From assembly GCA_963765495.1 (NCBI GenBank), contig CAVXWP010000001.1, forward strand, positions 96,001 to 160,000: a stretch of DNA of 64,000 nucleotides. The letters run 5' to 3'. The stretch is from Blastocatellia bacterium (lineage in GTDB: Bacteria; Acidobacteriota; Blastocatellia; UBA7656). Every line of letters starts with the position of its first letter. The first letter of the stretch is position 1. Under the pieces are notes generated by a model. That model had not been told where the DNA came from and made no database searches. It saw only the letters and a list, made by a program, of their open reading frames with translations. The position numbers and the translations under genes are program-made. This document shows positions 41,901-50,597 of this stretch, piece by piece.

Positions 41901-44770
41901 ATGGTCGCGTCTCTATTATTGCCGATCAGGTTCCAGCCCTGCGAGATGAGCGTGCCTTTGAAATCGGGACCGAGAGTTGCCGTGTTCCCGGCGATAATGG
42001 AATCTTTAGCGGTGACACTGCCACCGTCAAGACTATTAAAATCGACGCCGCCGCCGCTGCATTCTCCGGTGGCACCACCGTTATAGCCAATAACATCGGT
42101 GGCCGTATTACCGAATATGGTGCTATTGGTAAGATACATCTGGCCGCTATTGGAGATACCACCGCCACCGCCAAAGGAAATACCAATTCCCTGGACATTG
42201 TTTAAGGGCGTAAATTGGTAAAGGATCGATTTCGATAAGTTGCCCGTTACGGTGCTGTTTGTGAGATTCAGAATTCCGCCATTGGCAATGCCGCCACCTG
42301 AGCTACAAGTCGAAAAAAAGTTTTGGTTTGAAGTTCCTGTGATCTTACCGCTGTCCGCAATATTGCCTGAGATCGTACTGTTCGTGACATTCAACGTCCC
42401 GGTGTTGAAGATTCCGCCCGCCGCCGCGCCGGAAAGAAATACAGTGGCACCGCCGCCGGGACCGGGTGAGGCAGCCAATACAATATCGCCGTTCTTGGCG
42501 GTGTTATCCGAGATCGTGCTGTTCGTCAAATTCACCGTCCCGCTGGCATTGTGGATGCCTCCACCGGTGGCAGTGCCAGCTTCTGTGCCATTAGTGGTAG
42601 AGGCACCCAGGGCTGAATTCCCGGAGATGATGCTGTTGACAATATTCACAGTTCCCGTGCTTCGGTTATTGATGGCACCGCCGAGACCTTGAAAGCCCTG
42701 AACGTTATTGTTCGTACTGATTGCCTGATTTCCCGTGAGTATAGTGCTGCTCAAACTCAATGTGCCCGTACTGTCATTGAGAATGCCGCCGCCGAAGCCG
42801 TCGCCTCCGCCAGGAGGTCCCTCCGGTCCACGATGCACGCCATTGGCAATCGTCAAACCTGAGATTGCTACATCGTAATTGCCCGCCGCAACGTTGAAGA
42901 TGCGCGAACTGTTATTGCCGCTCACGGTGATGAAGCTCGCACCGGGGCCGACGATATTCACGCTGTCAAAGATCACCATTTCGCCGCTGGTCAGCGTGAT
43001 CGTTCCCGTAACGCCTGCCGCAAAGGTAATGGTTTGCGTTCCCGGCGTTAAATTAGAGCAGATGACCGCTTCGCGCAGGCTGCCCGCACCGCTGTCATTT
43101 GTGTTGGTGACGAGCGTCGAGCACGCAACGTTCTGCGCTTCAAAGGCGCCGATGTCAGAGCCGTTGCCGCCCGACGCGTTCGCAATCGCCGGGTCGTCAA
43201 CAGGACGAGTGAAGCCGCGCTGATCGGTAGTGATGGGCGTTGCGGTGATCGGGTCGATGGCGGCAGCGCCTTTATCTATCGCCGGGCTGCCTGCGAGAAG
43301 CGCCAGGGTATGCGTCGGGCCGCCGTTATCGGCCAGTGGGCCAAGCAGCGGATTAATGGGCGAGGCATCCGTGCCGATCTGATCGGCGGTGCATCGGAGC
43401 GGTGTGATCGTCGCGTCCTTGTTATTTCCGATCAGGTTCCAGCCCTGCGAGATCAGCGTGCCGTCAAAATCGGGGCCAACGTCAGCGGTATTTGTGGCGA
43501 TGATGGTGTTCCTGGCCGTCACCGTAGCGTCATTATGAATGCCGCCGCCATTGCCCGTGCTGCTCGGGCCGCCGTTGAAGGATGGCGTGCCGACCGCAGC
43601 ATTCCCAGAGAACGTGCTGTTTGTGAGTATCAACTGGCCGCCGTTGGAAATGCCCCCCCCAATACTAGGCCCCGGTGTGACATTAGCGCCGCTATTTCCG
43701 CTGATCGTCGTGCCATTGGCAGAATTACCGGAAACTGTGGTGTTGGTTATTTGAACCGTGCCAGAGGCATTGGCAATTCCCCCGCCAATACTTCCGAAGG
43801 CGAAAACGAAATTCGGACTGTAATTAAGCACAATCGTGTCGCCGTTCGCATAATTGCCCGAAATGGTGCTGTTGGTGATGTTTACGTTTCCCGATGCGTT
43901 GCTGATGCCGCCACCGGTTGATCCGACCTGAAATCCACTGCCGCCTGCGCCGCCGCCGTTACCGCCCTGGGTGGTCCTCCCATTTGCCGCAGAGTTTCCG
44001 ACAACCCAACTGTTGGTCAAGTTCACGGTTCCGCCATTATTAGCGATGCCCCCCCCAGAACCCGAGCCGCTGAGACTACTAGGAGATCCTCCACTTGCGT
44101 TGCCACCCTTCCCAGAATTACCGGAAATTTTACTGTTGGTTATGTTGACGGTCCCAGTACTGGCATTATAGATTCCGCCGCCATTGCCTGTGCCGCCATG
44201 AATTCCAACATTACCGATTGGCATAGCATCGCCGCCAAGCGCCAAATTACCCGAGATCACAGAACTACTGACTGTGACAGTACCTGTGCTATTGTTGAAT
44301 ATTCCTCCACCCATACCATCAGTAGCCGGATCTCCATCCGCTCCGCGATGCATGCCATTGGCAATCGTCAAACCGGAGATCGTGACGTTGATCGCCGGTA
44401 TCACGCTGCCGATGTTGAGCACCCGCACCGCGTTGTTGCCGCTTATGGCGAGCAGGCTTGCGCCCGGCCCTTGAATCTGGAGGTCCTTGTCTATCGCCAG
44501 TTCGCTCGCAAGCGTGATCGGACTTGTCACCGTCGTCATATCGAAATCAATCGTATCGCCCGGCGCTGCCGTGGCTATCGCTTGCCGCAATGTGCAGTCG
44601 GCTCCCGGACAGGTTCCGCCCGCATCGGCGCTGCTGTGCACCGTTATCGTCGCCGTTGGCGTCTTCTGGACCGCGCTTCCTGCCACAGGAGCCGTGACCG
44701 GAGTGAGCAACATTGCGAGCGCGATACCACCCAACAGCGCGGCGATAGTAATTCTCTTATTGGATTTCAT
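40421..44770 (-). CDS. Secreted protein B1 (1,449 aa): 2 CSLREA / beta-helix / choice-of-anchor Q modules, 4 Cys-rich HYR domains and a ~98-aa Cys-containing C-terminal domain
   Basis: Signal peptide from ATG 44770; CTLRQAI, GSLREA; LGPLADNGGPT.T.ALLAGSPAIDKG...DQRG..R...DIGAFE x2; HYR P.GS.FP.GTTTVTC x4. Confidence 0.85.
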   Translation of the reverse strand: MKSNKRITIAALLGGIALAMLLTPVTAPVAGSAVQKTPTATITVHSSADAGGTCPGADCTLRQAIATAAPGDTIDFDMTTVTSPITLASELAIDKDLQIQGPGASLLAISGNNAVRVLNIGSVIPAINVTISGLTIANGMHRGADGDPATDGMGGGIFNNSTGTVTVSSSVISGNLALGGDAMPIGNVGIHGGTGNGGGIYNASTGTVNITNSKISGNSGKGGNASGGSPSSLSGSGSGGGIANNGGTVNLTNSWVVGNSAANGRTTQGGNGGGAGGSGFQVGSTGGGISNASGNVNITNSTISGNYANGDTIVLNYSPNFVFAFGSIGGGIANASGTVQITNTTVSGNSANGTTISGNSGANVTPGPSIGGGISNGGQLILTNSTFSGNAAVGTPSFNGGPSSTGNGGGIHNDATVTARNTIIATNTADVGPDFDGTLISQGWNLIGNNKDATITPLRCTADQIGTDASPINPLLGPLADNGGPTHTLALLAGSPAIDKGAAAIDPITATPITTDQRGFTRPVDDPAIANASGGNGSDIGAFEAQNVACSTLVTNTNDSGAGSLREAVICSNLTPGTQTITFAAGVTGTITLTSGEMVIFDSVNIVGPGASFITVSGNNSSRIFNVAAGNYDVAISGLTIANGVHRGPEGPPGGGDGFGGGILNDSTGTLSLSSTILTGNQAISTNNNVQGFQGLGGAINNRSTGTVNIVNSIISGNSALGASTTNGTEAGTATGGGIHNASGTVNLTNSTISDNTAKNGDIVLAASPGPGGGATVFLSGAAAGGIFNTGTLNVTNSTISGNIADSGKITGTSNQNFFSTCSSGGGIANGGILNLTNSTVTGNLSKSILYQFTPLNNVQGIGISFGGGGGISNSGQMYLTNSTIFGNTATDVIGYNGGATGECSGGGVDFNSLDGGSVTAKDSIIAGNTATLGPDFKGTLISQGWNLIGNNRDATIVPMTGDQIGTNASPINPLLGPLADNGGPTQTLALLAGSPAIDKGAAAIDPITATPITTDQRGFPRPVDDPTIANAVGGNGSDIGAFEIDCSTTCPPNQTANTGPGATQCGAVVNYPAPTTTGDCGSASCLPASGSFFPVGTTTVTCATKTGPGCSFTVTVVDDTPPNLTCPADINVNVQSTQKCAVVNYTTPAANDNCPGATVNCSPPSGTCFPTGTTTVTCTATDASKNTATCSFTVTVTQQACTITCPTDITRSNDPGQCGAVVSYPAPTTSAGCGTVTCSPASGSFFPKGTTTVTCTTTAGPSCAFTITIADTQSPLITCPADLTAVSPNQSSSCVVVNYPAPVASDNCPGVTVTCNPPSGSCFPLGTTTVTCTATDSSGNTATCNFTVTTFDVCLQDDGNAGTVLLFNTRTGDYRFCCGGTTYTGRGTITSKGTIWNLQHYTPERRVLAYYVGTQHRGNASLQSPPGTLRCTIADRDTRNNSCLCGVN

Positions 44771-44898
44771 GATAGACCCCTTATATCTCTGTGTTGTGGA
44801 CTCTGGCCGGTTTGTAATTGCCGGATGATTACACGCTAAAACTTTCCATCCACCGCACCTTCGACTTAGATCGCGGTTCAATTCAATCCCGCCAAGTT

Positions 44899-46731
44899 TC
44901 ACTGCACGACGACCGTGAGCGTAGCGGTGCGCGTCTTGCCCGAACTGTCTGTGCCGGTGAAGACCAGATCATAAGTTCCAGGCGACGCTGAGCCTTTCAC
45001 CTTCACCTTGAAGGTCGCGCTCGAAGTTGTGGTGACCGGATTGGCAGGTTTGACCTTCAGTCCTTTGGGTGAGGCCGGAGGCGTTATGGTCACATTGCCA
45101 GTGAATCCACCCGAACCGTTTATGGTGATCTTCGGCTTCACATTATTGCCTCGCGCTACCGTCACCATCGCTTGATCGAACGAGAGCGTAAAATCAGACT
45201 CGACCGTGCCCGTTATCGTGACAATTTGGGCCTTCGAATCCATCGCGCTGCCATTGGTCACGTAGACCAGCGCCGGTCCCGATATGTTGGGCATCTTCGC
45301 GGTGATCTGGGTCGTTGACTCGGACCAGTTTGTCGAGCCGTCCTGAATGTGATAAATCTTGTCGTCCTGAATCACTGAAACCACGTTCCCAGTCAATGAA
45401 AAATTAGTCCCTGTGATTTTCATGGTGGTGTTCGGATGCAGGTTCTGGGTTCCATGATCGGGACCTGTATCGTCGTTGAGTATTCCGCCCAGATTGATCT
45501 CAGGGCAGTTGCCGGGTATTACGGGGTTCTGTCCCTTTATCAATGCCTCAAGCGTTGTCCCAAGAGTCGTGATTTCCCCATCGCTTCCTCTGAACAGTCC
45601 CCAACTGTTCTGAGGAGGCGGAGCATTGTCGATCACCTGCCAGAAAATGGCGTAGGAAGCGCCGAACGAGCCGGGACCTATGACCGCATTGACCAGTTCC
45701 TTTGTGTAACTTGCCGCGTTGCACTCTCCATAATCGGTGCGGGCGAATCCGAACTCTCCAAGCAGAAACGACGCAGGCTCAACATTGCTCTGGCCCTGGA
45801 ACTTCCCCTGCCCGGCCTTCACAAGATTGAGGCTGCCGCCCAATACATAGTTGATCGCCTGTTGCAGATTCACTTGAGGCTGGCCGACCTTGAGGCCGAT
45901 TGTTTGCCAGGAAGAATATGAAAAATAGTCCACATCGTGAACGCGCGGCGCGACGTAATCGATTACGCAGCGGTTGGCAAGCGAAGGCTGATTGCCCGGT
46001 CCTCCGAACGGTGTGCCTCCGCAGGGTTCTCCGCCCGGCGCAACAACGAAATTGAATTCTATTCCGAAGAAGACATTGTTTACTCCGGCGGCCTTCGCCA
46101 TTGCGACGCCGTCCGCCCTCGACTGTTGCCAGTTCACGTAATTGTCCCAGACTGCCGGATCATTGTTCACGCCGAGCGCGCCCTGCACAGCGTTATCGCC
46201 TTCCCAGTTGAGTATGATGAAGGTCTTCGACGGGTATGTGTTGAAGAGGTATTGGCACAGGTTTTCGATCTGAGTGCGCTCTACATCATAAGCGGATGAT
46301 GAGGGATCGAAGCCGTTTACCCATGTTGGAAGACTCTGATCGGCAGGCCCGTCGGCAGGCGTGTAAGTAGTCAGCAGGTATGTCCGAAAACTGTCGGAAC
46401 CAAAGAGCGTCTCGTAAGCGGAACTGGAAGCGACCTTGACAAGCCAGTTCGGATCATCGTCCTTTTTTATGGATGGATTGACCATATAAGGGTCTCTGGC
46501 CGATATGGCGACACGGATGGTGCGAGTGCCCATCTCGGCGATCTTTTCAGCCGCCCAGTTCAGCCTGTCGGTGGAAGAGTCATAAGAAGAGTAGTCGACT
46601 CCCCAGTTATAAATGCCGATCATATCGGCCACATCGGTCGGGCGAGGCGGCACAGCGCGCGTGATTGGCGCGATCAGCAGGGCGACGGCGAAGAATGCCA
46701 TAAATGAAAGCAGTCTGAATTTGTTGGACAT
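44899..46731 (-). CDS. Secreted protein with putative clan-A glycoside-hydrolase-like barrel, IPT/TIG and Ig-like domains
   Basis: Signal peptide from ATG 46731 (AAGGAG SD); NWEGDN and LLGEFG motifs; ITGTNF...W...QITA (IPT-like); DFTLS...GTYDLVFTG tail. Confidence 0.6.
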   Translation of the reverse strand: MSNKFRLLSFMAFFAVALLIAPITRAVPPRPTDVADMIGIYNWGVDYSSYDSSTDRLNWAAEKIAEMGTRTIRVAISARDPYMVNPSIKKDDDPNWLVKVASSSAYETLFGSDSFRTYLLTTYTPADGPADQSLPTWVNGFDPSSSAYDVERTQIENLCQYLFNTYPSKTFIILNWEGDNAVQGALGVNNDPAVWDNYVNWQQSRADGVAMAKAAGVNNVFFGIEFNFVVAPGGEPCGGTPFGGPGNQPSLANRCVIDYVAPRVHDVDYFSYSSWQTIGLKVGQPQVNLQQAINYVLGGSLNLVKAGQGKFQGQSNVEPASFLLGEFGFARTDYGECNAASYTKELVNAVIGPGSFGASYAIFWQVIDNAPPPQNSWGLFRGSDGEITTLGTTLEALIKGQNPVIPGNCPEINLGGILNDDTGPDHGTQNLHPNTTMKITGTNFSLTGNVVSVIQDDKIYHIQDGSTNWSESTTQITAKMPNISGPALVYVTNGSAMDSKAQIVTITGTVESDFTLSFDQAMVTVARGNNVKPKITINGSGGFTGNVTITPPASPKGLKVKPANPVTTTSSATFKVKVKGSASPGTYDLVFTGTDSSGKTRTATLTVVVQ

Positions 46732-46830
46732 CTCAAAGCTCCTTTTCAATGCGCACACAGGCCATAAAGTCTCAGATTTTGTTCTCTCACTTATACATGC
46801 GATAAATCGCGACGGTTTACCCCATCGCTC

Positions 46831-46904
46831 AAGCCCTGAAGGATTATCGCTACTGTTACCCAGCGCGTTGCGCTGGGCTATTGAATTGCGCCCCTTCGGG
46901 GCTT
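46831..46904. repeat. REP/REPIN-like nested palindrome
   Basis: Outer arms AAGCCCTGAAGG / CCTTCGGGGCTT enclosing CCCAGCGC-gtt-GCGCTGGG (46859-46877). Confidence 0.65.
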
Positions 46905-47009
46905 TTGTGGTCTTTTCAAACGCCCTCTGATCGCTGAGTACGCGGAGACAGATTATTTTCTCGACACTTCAAACTTCTCACTCAGCGCTCAGCGCTCGGC
47001 GCTCCCCTG

Positions 47010-47018
47010 TGATATAAT
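47010..47018 (+). promoter_or_regulatory. Extended -10 promoter for the ECF sigma-kinase operon
   Basis: TGaTATAAT consensus ending 46 nt before the ECF start; preceded by CTCAGCG 7-mer repeats. Confidence 0.6.
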
Positions 47019-47064
47019 CGCCCTCAATCTTTTGCGATATTTTGGGCTTGGGTTTAGCGATAAG

Positions 47065-47640
47065 ATGGAGGTCTCATCGAAAATTACAGAACTCCTCGTC
47101 GACTGGCGCAACGGTCGCTCCAACGCTTTCGATCAACTCTTCGCGCTGGTCTATGATGAATTGCGCTCTCTCGCCTCCGGTTACATGCGACGCGAACGAC
47201 CAGATCACACTCTTCAAACCACCGCCCTCGTCAATGAGGCATACTTGAAACTAGTCGGTCACAAAGACTCCCTGATGGAAAACCGGCTTCACTTTTTCGC
47301 TATCGCCGCCAAAGTCATGCGCCAGATACTCATCGACCACGCCCGCTCTCGTCAGTTTGAAAAGCGCGGCGGCAAGGCGGTAAAGATTTCCCTCGATGAA
47401 GCGGTAATTCTGTCCGACGAGCGCGCCAGCGATTTGATCGCGCTTGACGAAGCGCTAAAGTCTTTGGCAGCCTTTGACGCGCGCAAGAGCCGGGTCGTCG
47501 AGTTGCGATTTTTTGGCGGCATGACTATAGAAGAAACAGCCGAATTCCTTGGGGTTTCCTTTAACACCGTGGTGCGCGATTGGGAGATGGCGAGGGCCTG
47601 GCTCTATCGCAATATTTACGAGGGTGGCAATGGAAGCTAG
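47065..47640 (+). CDS. ECF sigma factor, kinase-associated type (TIGR02999 / ECF43-like)
   Basis: LVYDELR.LA, DHTLQTTALVNEAYLKL, RQILIDHAR...KRGG, VVELRFFGG, RDWEMARAWL; overlaps the kinase gene. Confidence 0.92.
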   Translation: MEVSSKITELLVDWRNGRSNAFDQLFALVYDELRSLASGYMRRERPDHTLQTTALVNEAYLKLVGHKDSLMENRLHFFAIAAKVMRQILIDHARSRQFEKRGGKAVKISLDEAVILSDERASDLIALDEALKSLAAFDARKSRVVELRFFGGMTIEETAEFLGVSFNTVVRDWEMARAWLYRNIYEGGNGS

Positions 47641-50221
47641 CCGCTGGCAGCGAATTGAAGAACTTTTTGGCGAAGCGCTAAATTTAGACGTTGCTGAACG
47701 CGCTCCGTTTTTGACCGCAGCGTGTGGCAGCGATGCGGGTTTGCGTCGCGAGGTCGAAGCTTTACTTGGTTCGCATCAACGAGCAGGTGATTTTATTAAA
47801 GCGCCGGTGGTTGATGAAGCGCTTAACGTCATCAATCATACAGATATAACACTCGGCAAGAAAAAGCGCATCGGCACTTATGAAGTGGTGCGCGAAATCG
47901 GACGCGGCGGCATGGGCGCGGTCTATCTGGCATCGCGCGCCGATGAGGAATTTAAAAAATATGTCGCGATCAAACTCATCAAACGCGGCATGGATACCGA
48001 AGACATACTGCGGCGCTTCAAAAACGAACGACAAATTCTCGCCTCGCTTGACCATCCAAATATTGCAAAACTTCTAAACGGTGGCACCACTGCGGAGGGG
48101 GTTCCTTACTTTGTGATGGAGTATGTCGAGGGGCAGCCGCTAACCGAGTATTGCGACAGTCATAAGCTCTCGACCGTTGAACGCTTAAAACTATTTCGTG
48201 AAATCTGCGCCGCCGTACAACACGCGCATCAAAACCTGGTCGTTCACCGTGACCTCAAACCCAGCAACATTTTGATCACTTCGGATGGCACGCCGAAACT
48301 ACTCGATTTCGGCATTGCAAAATTTTTAAACCCGGCGCTGGCGCCGCAAACCATCGCGCCAACGGCTACGATGATGCGAATGATGACCAGAGATTATGCC
48401 AGCCCCGAGCAGGCGCGCGGCGAACCCATCACAACAGCGAGCGATATTTACTCGCTCGGTGTGTTGCTTTATAAATTGCTCACCGGGCATCACCCTTATC
48501 AATTCAAAACGCCGTTGCCACAAGAAATTGAGCGAGTGATTTGCGAAAGCGTCCCCGAAAAACCCAGCACGATGGTGACACGCACTGAAATTATCGAATT
48601 GGAGGATGGCAAGACCTTAAGCCTTACGCCCAATTCGGTGAGCCGCACGCGTGAAGGTCAGCCCGATAAATTGAGGCGGGCCTTGAATGGCGATGTCGAT
48701 AACATCATCTTAATGGCCATGCGAAAAGAACCGCAGCGACGTTATTCCTCGGTCGCCGAATTGTCTGAAGACCTTCGCCGCTATCTCGGCGGCTTGTCGG
48801 TTCTTGCGACGAAGGACACCTTCCGGTATCGCGCCGCGAAATTCGTCAAACGCCATCGCGTCGGCGTGGTTGCCGCCTTGCTTGTTTTGTTGAGCCTGAT
48901 CGCCGGCCTCGTTGCGACCATCTGGCAGGCGCAACAGGCGCGACAGGAGAGAGCCAAGGCCGAAGAGATCAAAAATTTTATTGAGCGAACCCTGAATTAT
49001 TCAAACCCCCTCTCCAATAAAGGCGGGAAAACCGTTCGGGAAACAACCGTCACTGAGGCGCTGGACGAGGCGGCCAAACGCCTTGAGAGTGGCGAATTCT
49101 CTAACCAACCGGAGATCAAAGCCGAGTTAGAACTGGTTATTGCCCGGTGTTATTACGGTCAGGGGAAATACTCATTGGGCGCAAAACACGCACAGGAGTT
49201 TATTCTCCTGCAACGTCAATTTTATGGCGGAAAGGATCCCAAAACACTCATCGCATTGACCACATGGGCAGGGCTGCTGTTTGACAAAGGAGAGATGGCT
49301 GAATCTGAAAAATTATACCGTCAGGTTTTGCCTCTGATGCGCGAGGAAGAAAAAAAGGGTTCCGTCAAGGCCGCCGAACTGGCACAGGCGCTCAATCATT
49401 TTGCCTATCTGCGTCGAACTCAGGGGGATTCCCGCGAGGCCGAATCTCTGTTTCGCGAAGCCTTAGCCCTGAATTCACAAATACCGGAAGAGTTCCGTTA
49501 TATCAACGGGACCACACGCAGCACGCTTGCTTCAACGCTGGCGGATCAGGGAAGGTTCGATGAAGCCTTGCAAACCGCTTATGAAGCGGTCGCCGAATAT
49601 CGCCAGCGCGGAGACAGCAACAATCCAAATTATGGATTCGCCTTGACCATACTTGGCGGGTTTCTCGTTGATAAAGGAAATTTCGCCGAAGCCGATGCCG
49701 ACTTACACGAAGCCGAGACCATTTTCCGCGATTTTCTCACTACTCCCGGCTTGTGGGGAGGCGATAATTTACGCAACCAGGCGATCTCTTTATATAAACA
49801 GGGAAAGTATGGCGAAGCTATAACCAAAGCGGACGAAACATTGACCCTCTATCGCGAAAACTTTGGCACACATTACGACCATTATCCGACCGCATTGATC
49901 ATTAAAGGTTTGAGTCTGACGAAAATGGGACAGGCGAAAGAGGGTGAAAAGATTTTGCGAGAGGCGGTCAAAATTCGCACCGAACTATTGCCAAAGGAGC
50001 ATTTCTGGGTGGCTGTGGCCAACGGGGCGCTGGGCGAATGTTTGACGCTGCAGAAGCGTTTCACGGAGGCCGAACCATTATTGCTGTCAAGCTACGAGAG
50101 CCTTCAGCGCTCGCAGAGACCGAACAGCCCGCTCATCCGAACCGCGCTTGAGCAGATCGTGACTCTCTATGAAAATTGGGGACGAGCGGATGCTGCCGCC
50201 AATTATCGAAGTAAGTTGTGA
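47630..50221 (+). CDS. Hanks-type Ser/Thr kinase with a TM helix and C-terminal TPR repeats
   Basis: Start MEASRWQRIEELF; GRGGMGAVY, VAIK, HRDLKPSN, DFG, YASPEQ; TM VGVVAALLVLLSLIAGLVATIW; TPR region. Confidence 0.95.
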   Translation: MEASRWQRIEELFGEALNLDVAERAPFLTAACGSDAGLRREVEALLGSHQRAGDFIKAPVVDEALNVINHTDITLGKKKRIGTYEVVREIGRGGMGAVYLASRADEEFKKYVAIKLIKRGMDTEDILRRFKNERQILASLDHPNIAKLLNGGTTAEGVPYFVMEYVEGQPLTEYCDSHKLSTVERLKLFREICAAVQHAHQNLVVHRDLKPSNILITSDGTPKLLDFGIAKFLNPALAPQTIAPTATMMRMMTRDYASPEQARGEPITTASDIYSLGVLLYKLLTGHHPYQFKTPLPQEIERVICESVPEKPSTMVTRTEIIELEDGKTLSLTPNSVSRTREGQPDKLRRALNGDVDNIILMAMRKEPQRRYSSVAELSEDLRRYLGGLSVLATKDTFRYRAAKFVKRHRVGVVAALLVLLSLIAGLVATIWQAQQARQERAKAEEIKNFIERTLNYSNPLSNKGGKTVRETTVTEALDEAAKRLESGEFSNQPEIKAELELVIARCYYGQGKYSLGAKHAQEFILLQRQFYGGKDPKTLIALTTWAGLLFDKGEMAESEKLYRQVLPLMREEEKKGSVKAAELAQALNHFAYLRRTQGDSREAESLFREALALNSQIPEEFRYINGTTRSTLASTLADQGRFDEALQTAYEAVAEYRQRGDSNNPNYGFALTILGGFLVDKGNFAEADADLHEAETIFRDFLTTPGLWGGDNLRNQAISLYKQGKYGEAITKADETLTLYRENFGTHYDHYPTALIIKGLSLTKMGQAKEGEKILREAVKIRTELLPKEHFWVAVANGALGECLTLQKRFTEAEPLLLSSYESLQRSQRPNSPLIRTALEQIVTLYENWGRADAAANYRSKL

Positions 50222-50227
50222 CTTTTT

Positions 50228-50589
50228 TTGCCTGCTGAGCGATTATTACAGGTGGCGGTCAAAAAATATGAAGAGCGCGCCCCGCGACTGAGCAAGTGGA
50301 TGGAAGCGAGTCTCTATCAAGGACTGACGGTGATGAGTTTTCCATTGGAGCATCAGAAGCGGCTGAGGACAACGAATCTGTGTGAGCGAGTGAATCGAGA
50401 ATTGAAGAGGCAACATGAGTAGTGGGGGTATTTCCAAATGCAGGATCGTTGGAGAGGTTGGCGACAGCGGTATTGATGGGGATAGATGAAGACTGGCAAA
50501 GTAGCACTTGCTACTTAAGTTTTTCTTAAAGGCTGTTCCCGTGGGGATGGAGAGGGTTGGCGATTTTACAGAAACAACGTTGCATTATC
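50228..50589 (+). mobile_element. IS256-family transposase 3' remnant (frameshifted) with putative right end
   Basis: FPLEHQKRLRTTNLCERVNRELKR, then in a shifted frame VVGVFPNAGSLERLATAVLMGIDEDW; terminal attttacagaaacaacgttgcattatc at 50563-50589. Confidence 0.8.
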
Positions 50590-50597
50590 GCTCACTT

